Shown: positions 59,569 through 64,000 of the stretch, in pieces
How positions within the stretch are numbered: position 1 is the stretch's first letter
Layout: the number at the start of each line of letters is the position of its first letter
From: Bacteroidales bacterium
GTDB lineage: Bacteria; Bacteroidota; Bacteroidia; Bacteroidales; VadinHA17
Assembly (NCBI GenBank): GCA_035541795.1
Contig: DATKMR010000019.1
Span: 132,977 to 196,976 of the forward strand
Direction: 5' to 3'
Length of the DNA stretch: 64,000 nt
Program-made: the position numbers and the translations under genes
The notes under the pieces: model-generated
What the model was told of the DNA's origin: nothing
What the model saw: the letters and a program-made list of their open reading frames with translations, nothing else
The model's database searches: none

Positions 59569-60882
59569 TCAGGTGAAAAGATGATCGTGAAGGTACCTGA
59601 GCGCGTTTATCTTGTCCGAAGCATTTATAAGCAGTGAAAGGCTGTAAGGGCTTCCACCGTAGGCAATCATTTTGAGCGGTATGGTATTGAGCGCCTCGAA
59701 GATCTCAGGGGCGGATCCTGTTCGTTCAGTTCTGAAATCACCAACCACACAGATTATTGATTGATTCTCTTCAACCTCGACGGTTCCGAGCTCTTTAAGA
59801 TCCTTCACGATCTGTTCAATAAATTCATTATTATCAACCGTAAGCGAAACCGACACCTCAGAAGTTGTAATCATGTCAATAGGAGTGCGGTAAGCCTCAA
59901 AAATCTCAAACACCTTCCTCAGGAATCCGTAGGCCATCAGCATCCGGTCCGACCTGATCCTGATCACCGAAATACCATCCTTGGCTGCAATTGCTTTATA
60001 ATCTTCAAGTACATATTCACTTGTAATAAGCGTACCCGGGTCCCCCGGATCCATCGTGTTCTTCAGGCGGACGGGGATATTTCTTTCCCTGGCAGGATTG
60101 ACACTTGACGGATGAAGTATTTTCGCACCGAAATATGCTAGTTCAGCAGCCTCATCAAATGAAAGGTTGCGTATTGGATGTGTTCCTTCTACATACCGCG
60201 GATCGTTGTTATGGAAGCCATTGATATCGGTCCATATCTGGATCTCGGAGGCATTTATGGCAGCTCCGATCAGGGATGCCGTAAAGTCGCTGCCTCCTCT
60301 TTTGAGATTGTCAACCTCCCCGTAGGCGTTGCGGCATATGTATCCCTGGGTGATAATAATCGACTCATCATCAAAGTTCCTGAGCTCCCTCATGATGTTT
60401 TCCTCTATATAGAACAGGTCAGGTTCTCCGTACTTATCTATCCTCATAAAACTCAGCGCGGGGATGAGAACAGACGGAATATCACGTTCCTCGAGAAGCA
60501 GGTGGAATAATGCCGTGGATATAAGTTCTCCCTGGGCAAGCACCGCTTTTTCCTGTATTTTCGTGAAAACTCCCCGGAGGAAACCCGTGAGGAAATTGAA
60601 ATGAGAGTCAATGATATCGTGACCAATATTTCTCGTGCCGTCGAAAGTGTAGAGATCATTCACGGTGACATGGTTTTTAGCTCTCATCACTTCAATCCTC
60701 GATGAAGCTTCATCAATGTTACCCGCAAATAGGCTCTCGGAGATTTCAACGAGCCCATTGGTAGTTCCCGACATAGCAGAGAGAACAACAATTTTTCTTT
60801 CATCATCGCTAATCAGCGGAACCAGGGCTCTCATCCTGTCAGGACCGCCTACCGAGGTTCCTCCAAATTTCATTATTTTCAT
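59569..60882 (-). CDS. lysC: Aspartate kinase
   Basis: MKIMKFGGTSVG start, ...SAMSGTTN..., and C-terminal ACT domains. The 70-codon upstream extension in the ORF track overlaps the leader/terminator and is not credible. Confidence 0.92.
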   Translation of the reverse strand: MKIMKFGGTSVGGPDRMRALVPLISDDERKIVVLSAMSGTTNGLVEISESLFAGNIDEASSRIEVMRAKNHVTVNDLYTFDGTRNIGHDIIDSHFNFLTGFLRGVFTKIQEKAVLAQGELISTALFHLLLEERDIPSVLIPALSFMRIDKYGEPDLFYIEENIMRELRNFDDESIIITQGYICRNAYGEVDNLKRGGSDFTASLIGAAINASEIQIWTDINGFHNNDPRYVEGTHPIRNLSFDEAAELAYFGAKILHPSSVNPARERNIPVRLKNTMDPGDPGTLITSEYVLEDYKAIAAKDGISVIRIRSDRMLMAYGFLRKVFEIFEAYRTPIDMITTSEVSVSLTVDNNEFIEQIVKDLKELGTVEVEENQSIICVVGDFRTERTGSAPEIFEALNTIPLKMIAYGGSPYSLSLLINASDKINALRYLHDHLFT

Positions 60883-60895
60883 CTCTCTTCCTGTT

Positions 60896-60921
60896 AAAAA
60901 AAAACCTGCAAAATCTGCAGG
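60896..60921 (-). terminator. Attenuator-type intrinsic terminator in the lysC leader
   Basis: The minus strand reads CCTGCA-GATTT-TGCAGG followed by T9, ending 14 nt before the lysC ATG. Confidence 0.6.
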
Positions 60922-61035
60922 CCCGCTTCGTGTTATTTTATTATAGCACAATGACTCTGCAGACCCGTCATGCAGGATGCTTTGTGATGACTGTGAACTT
61001 GTTTGAATTATTAACCATAAACTAAAATCAGGGAG

Positions 61036-61043
61036 CAAAAATA
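61036..61043 (-). promoter_or_regulatory. Putative -7 promoter box TATTTTTG for the lysC leader
   Basis: Exact TAnnTTTG match on the minus strand, about 150 nt upstream of the lysC ATG. Confidence 0.35.
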
Positions 61044-61177
61044 TATTATTTAATAATAAATGAACTTTATAAGGTATATTTTTTGTAAACAATTATCTCG
61101 ATTTAATTTTTTTTTTACTTTTGCAGCCGCTGCGGTTGCAAGCAGAAGTTCTTTTAAGCAGATGCTCAGAAGCAGGT

Positions 61178-61216
61178 GGAAAAGACAAAAGACAAAAGTC
61201 AAAGGACAAAAGTCAC
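61178..61216 (+). repeat. Purine-rich short tandem repeat (GACAAAAG-type) upstream of the tRNA-Leu pair
   Basis: Reads GGAAAAGACAAAAGACAAAAGTCAAAGGACAAAAGTCACC. A related GTCACAGGACAAAAGTG recurs at 61567-61583. Confidence 0.8.
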
Positions 61217-61275
61217 CAGATAACACATCCGGTTTTAACCTTAGCCGATAATTTTTGCCTTTTATCTTAAACCAG

Positions 61276-61359
61276 GCCCAGATGGCGAAATTGGTAGACG
61301 CGCTAGTTTCAGGGACTAGTGTCAGCAATGATGTGCAGGTTCGAGTCCTGTTCTGGGCA
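61276..61359 (+). tRNA. tRNA-Leu (anticodon CAG), type II with long variable arm
   Basis: Manual fold: acceptor GCCCAGA/TCTGGGC, D arm GCG..CGC, anticodon stem CTAGT/ACTAG with loop TTCAGGG, long variable arm, T loop TTCGAGT, discriminator A. No CCA is encoded. Confidence 0.9.
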
Positions 61360-61364
61360 CAGAG

Positions 61365-61455
61365 ATAAGGCAAAAGGGAAAAGGTAAAAGGCAAAAGGAG
61401 CAAATCCTGATTTTATTCTTTACTCTTTACTTTTTACCTTTACCTTTTTACTTAT
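61365..61455 (+). repeat. Imperfect inverted repeat of (AAAAGGN)n and (CTTTTTAC)n arms between the two tRNA-Leu genes
   Basis: Purine arm ATAAGGCAAAAGGGAAAAGGTAAAAGGCAAAAGGAG (61365-61400), 17-nt spacer, pyrimidine arm CTTTACTCTTTACTTTTTACCTTTACCTTTTTACTTAT (61418-61455). The ends ATAAG/CTTAT pair, and the interior is roughly 70 percent complementary by eye. Confidence 0.8.
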
Positions 61456-61458
61456 CAA

Positions 61459-61545
61459 GCCCAGATGGTGGAATTGGTAGACACGCTACTTTGAGGGGGT
61501 AGTGCCGGTTACGGTGTGCAAGTTCGAGTCTTGTTCTGGGCACCA
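61459..61545 (+). tRNA. tRNA-Leu (anticodon GAG), type II, CCA encoded
   Basis: Manual fold: same acceptor stem GCCCAGA/TCTGGGC, anticodon stem CTACT/GGTAG with loop TTGAGGG, variable arm with CCG/CGG stem, T loop TTCGAGT, then ACCA. Confidence 0.9.
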
Positions 61546-61566
61546 AAAGATGACAATCAGAAAAAA

Positions 61567-61597
61567 GTCACAGGACAAAAGTGTTGTGGCTTTTTTT
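61567..61597 (+). terminator. Possible intrinsic terminator after the tRNA pair
   Basis: GTCACAG-N10-TTGTGGC (7 bp with two G-U pairs) followed by T7. Confidence 0.4.
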
Positions 61598-61664
61598 ATT
61601 CCACTCACTTTGCTCAATCATTTTGACTTTTATCTTTTCACTCTGATCTTTTCACTTTTATCTT

Positions 61665-63314
61665 TTATCTTGTATCTTGTATAAGTGGTTTCATCAGCTT
61701 CATCACAGGGTAAGGTACTGTACTTTTTTCCACTCCAAGTGGAATAAGATAGTCATCAAAATAATTCCAGAGAAGCAACCCGTCGTCTGATTGCGGTTCC
61801 AGCATATAAAAAGCGAGCCAGGCCAGAGGCTGGTGCATATCCACAAAATAACTGCCAGCGGGTGCAGTGATGTTTTTGCGGACAAAACTGCCTTCTGCTT
61901 TCACCAGGAAATGATTCCCGTATGATGCCTTCCCTTCGCGGCTGTATCTTGTAATACTGAATATCTCTGCTTCAATTTTTTTGCTATGCTCAAGCAAAGA
62001 GACCTTTATTCCATGCTGCATAAGCTTTTCTGCAACAGCTTTCAATTCAGAAGGGAAGATATAACCGAATGGCACTGTCGCCTCGATATCAGGCTCAAAA
62101 TGGTTGTAATGCCTGACATCTTGTATCCAGAGCAGCCTTCCGGTGGGCCTTCTCCTTGTCCTTCCTTCGCGGTCCTTATATTCTTCAGTTTCACGGGTCA
62201 GCAGGTCTATTGTCCTTTCAGCAGGCGCTATGTGATATGCAACACCCTTTTTCAGAATACCTGCCTGGTTATCAATTATTTTCATTGTTGTGATGTCGGC
62301 ATCGGCGACTATATCGTGGATCTGCTTTGAATGAGAACCGGTGTACTCGAGCACCGAAACGAGAAAAAGATAATTGCTGAGAATGCGTTTTTCAAAGCTG
62401 TCGTGCGAAAATGTCTCGCTCAGAATCGCCATCCTGTTCCTGAGCCCTTCATAATTCACGAGGTAACGGGGAAGGTGTGAATACGTGGAATATGTCGTCT
62501 GTTCCCCTTCCTTTTTATTCATGTAACCATGGAAAAAGACAGGTATTCCCGACCTGTCAAGCATCGACTTTGCCGCTGCCGGAAGCAATGAATCCGATAT
62601 GAAGGCAGTGGTTGAGGGCGTTCCAGCGGTAAGAAAATCTGGAGCGTAATTAAGGGCATAACCATGCCATGAACCGTTATCCGTATGCAGATCGATAAAC
62701 AATGCAGGGTCCCAGGCGACAATGATGCTTTTGAGCAGCGCCTTTGATTCGAGGGCCTCGGCCTTGATCCCTTCGCGGTTGAGATCATATCCCTCGCCCG
62801 AAACTCTGGCTCCTGCAAGTTCAGGGCTGCCATCCTGTGAAAACCTGCTCGTGGAACTAAGCCTGTCATTTCCGTCGGGGTTATAATTGGGGCAGAAAAT
62901 CAGTATCTGGTTTTTGAGCAGGAAGGATTTCTGCCCGAAACAGATTTCCCTTATCAGCTGCATCGATGCCTCCTTTCCCTCGACCTCACCGGCATGTATA
63001 TTGGCTTCGATGTAGATCACCGGTTTCCCTGATTTTGAAGCCTCTTCAGGGGTCGATATAGCAGGATCTGAAAGAATAACCATCATAAGGTCATTGCCAC
63101 CGGCTGTTTTTCCGAAGGTCCCGACATGAGCATAAGGACCGAGAAGTCCGATAGTTTTGCAAAAACTAACCACATCGCTGTCGTGCGAAGTTTCCATATA
63201 CCGGGTTTTCTCGGCCCTGGAAAAAAGTTCAGAGGGAATTTTGACTGCCTGGCCCTGGAGAATTTGTGGAATTAAAAATAAAATGGAAAAGAGAAACCAG
63301 TGGTGTCTTGGCAT
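61665..63314 (-). CDS. Secreted M14-family zinc carboxypeptidase-like protein
   Basis: Signal peptide. Zn-ligand context IEANIHAGEVEGKEA (HxxE) and a downstream LHTDNGSWHGY. Confidence 0.75.
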   Translation of the reverse strand: MPRHHWFLFSILFLIPQILQGQAVKIPSELFSRAEKTRYMETSHDSDVVSFCKTIGLLGPYAHVGTFGKTAGGNDLMMVILSDPAISTPEEASKSGKPVIYIEANIHAGEVEGKEASMQLIREICFGQKSFLLKNQILIFCPNYNPDGNDRLSSTSRFSQDGSPELAGARVSGEGYDLNREGIKAEALESKALLKSIIVAWDPALFIDLHTDNGSWHGYALNYAPDFLTAGTPSTTAFISDSLLPAAAKSMLDRSGIPVFFHGYMNKKEGEQTTYSTYSHLPRYLVNYEGLRNRMAILSETFSHDSFEKRILSNYLFLVSVLEYTGSHSKQIHDIVADADITTMKIIDNQAGILKKGVAYHIAPAERTIDLLTRETEEYKDREGRTRRRPTGRLLWIQDVRHYNHFEPDIEATVPFGYIFPSELKAVAEKLMQHGIKVSLLEHSKKIEAEIFSITRYSREGKASYGNHFLVKAEGSFVRKNITAPAGSYFVDMHQPLAWLAFYMLEPQSDDGLLLWNYFDDYLIPLGVEKSTVPYPVMKLMKPLIQDTR

Positions 63315-63507
63315 GATGCGAAAATTTGATTATCTCACGAAAGTAGCATTAAATATCACTTTCAAGAAATGATCCGAAGATGTTTTCAGAATGTAAATGA
63401 GGCATGAAATGCAAGTAGCAGGCTCATCCTGTTACCCCGAAGGGACCGTCCGGAACTTAGAATCCTGTTGTTTATCAGGAAATTCTGAGGCATTTGATTG
63501 GAACACC

Positions 63508-64000
63508 CTACTTTCCCAGTGAATCATAAATCGACTGAAGAATCTCCGTCCTGATGTTAAGGTCGGTCAGGCGTGAATTATTCCGTGTCGGGTAGACCCT
63601 GTTGCAAAAGAAAACATATGTGATTTCATTCACCGGATCCATCCATACAAATGTGCCTGTATATCCTGAATGGCCAAAACTCTCCGGAGGTGTGCCCAGG
63701 GTAGGATAGGTGTCTTCCTGCTTCAGCTCCCTGTTATTGACCAGAGGCTTGTCAAAACCCAGCCCCCTCCGGTTATTATTTTCCGGGAACTGGTACCTAG
63801 TGTACTCCTTCATGATATCGCTGCTGATTATCTGCTCCCCTCCATAGCTTCCCATTCTCCGGTATGTTTCCATAAGCTTCATCAGGTCGTTGGCTGTTGC
63901 AAACAGTCCGGCATGACCCGATATTCCTCCCTGCATTGCCGCTCCTTCATCATGTACCGTGCCATGAAGAAGCTGTTTCCGGAAAAGAGAATCATATTCT
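63508..64000 (-). CDS. Serine hydrolase / beta-lactamase-family protein, C-terminal part (N-terminus outside window)
   Basis: The frame stays open upstream of the listed ATG to the window edge (...LHGTVHDEGAAMQGGISGHAGLF...GHSGYTGTF), which is typical of class C beta-lactamase / PBP4*-like esterases. Confidence 0.8.
   Translation of the reverse strand, partial: EYDSLFRKQLLHGTVHDEGAAMQGGISGHAGLFATANDLMKLMETYRRMGSYGGEQIISSDIMKEYTRYQFPENNNRRGLGFDKPLVNNRELKQEDTYPTLGTPPESFGHSGYTGTFVWMDPVNEITYVFFCNRVYPTRNNSRLTDLNIRTEILQSIYDSLGK

Noticed and set aside
60883-61043. Lysine (L-box) riboswitch upstream of lysC
   Set aside because: I looked for the conserved L-box segments (GAGGCGC-type 5' helix, GGGAGC...GCCGAAG, GGCTGTCA) and found none. 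At about 150 nt, the leader is also shorter than typical L-boxes. I kept it as a generic attenuator-like leader instead.
59569-61092. N-terminal ORF extensions proposed by the ORF track for lysC (to 61092), guaB (to 26303), the M28 peptidase (to 34760), the exonuclease (from 28941) and the thioesterase (to 13683)
   Set aside because: The extensions are low-complexity or overlap upstream genes or leaders. Conserved N-termini or signal peptides begin at internal Met codons, often with stop/start overlaps.
61050-61684. ORFs 61050-61403(-), 61060-61251(+) and 61502-61684(+)
   Set aside because: They run through tRNA genes and simple-repeat tracts, so they are not credible coding sequences.

Overview
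This 64-kb window looks like core chromosome of a Bacteroidota-type bacterium. The evidence for that is the gene content (divergent tamB/tsaD, a guaB-PPIase-surA-OstA cluster, DUF4097, DUF5063 and DUF2795), the lack of obvious Shine-Dalgarno sites, and recurring TAnnTTTG -7 boxes. It is densely coding, with about 53 protein genes and 2 tRNA-Leu genes, nearly all housekeeping. These include: glyA; tamB; tsaD; recG; guaB; recQ; rlmI; tex; mutS2; rocD; trmD; dapB; lepB; the thrS-infC-rpmI-rplT cluster; lysC-lysA; several secreted M28 and M14 peptidases; two APC amino-acid permeases; and one ECF sigma/anti-sigma/DUF4097 module. I found no CRISPR array, integrase, transposase, prophage or recognisable defence island. 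The one locus that stands out is at 50.0-51.0 kb. There, a small AT-rich DUF559 (Vsr-like PD-(D/E)xK) endonuclease gene sits between two same-orientation arrays of a 56-58 bp G5/C5 double-hairpin repeat. I interpret this as a possible nuclease-plus-hairpin-repeat module analogous to REP/RAYT, but this is a hypothesis only. Secondary observations: tsaD and recG both have conserved N-termini encoded upstream of any in-frame ATG/GTG/TTG. recQ is adjacent to a translationally coupled DUF5063 + DEDDy exonuclease pair (a split WRN-like arrangement). lysC has an attenuator-like leader. A family of short 6-8 nt periodic repeats (AGGTTTR, CTTTTTAC/GTAAAAAG) fills several intergenic spacers and flanks the tRNA-Leu genes. 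Several terminators share near-identical stem arms. All functional calls come from reading the translations by eye; no searches were run.
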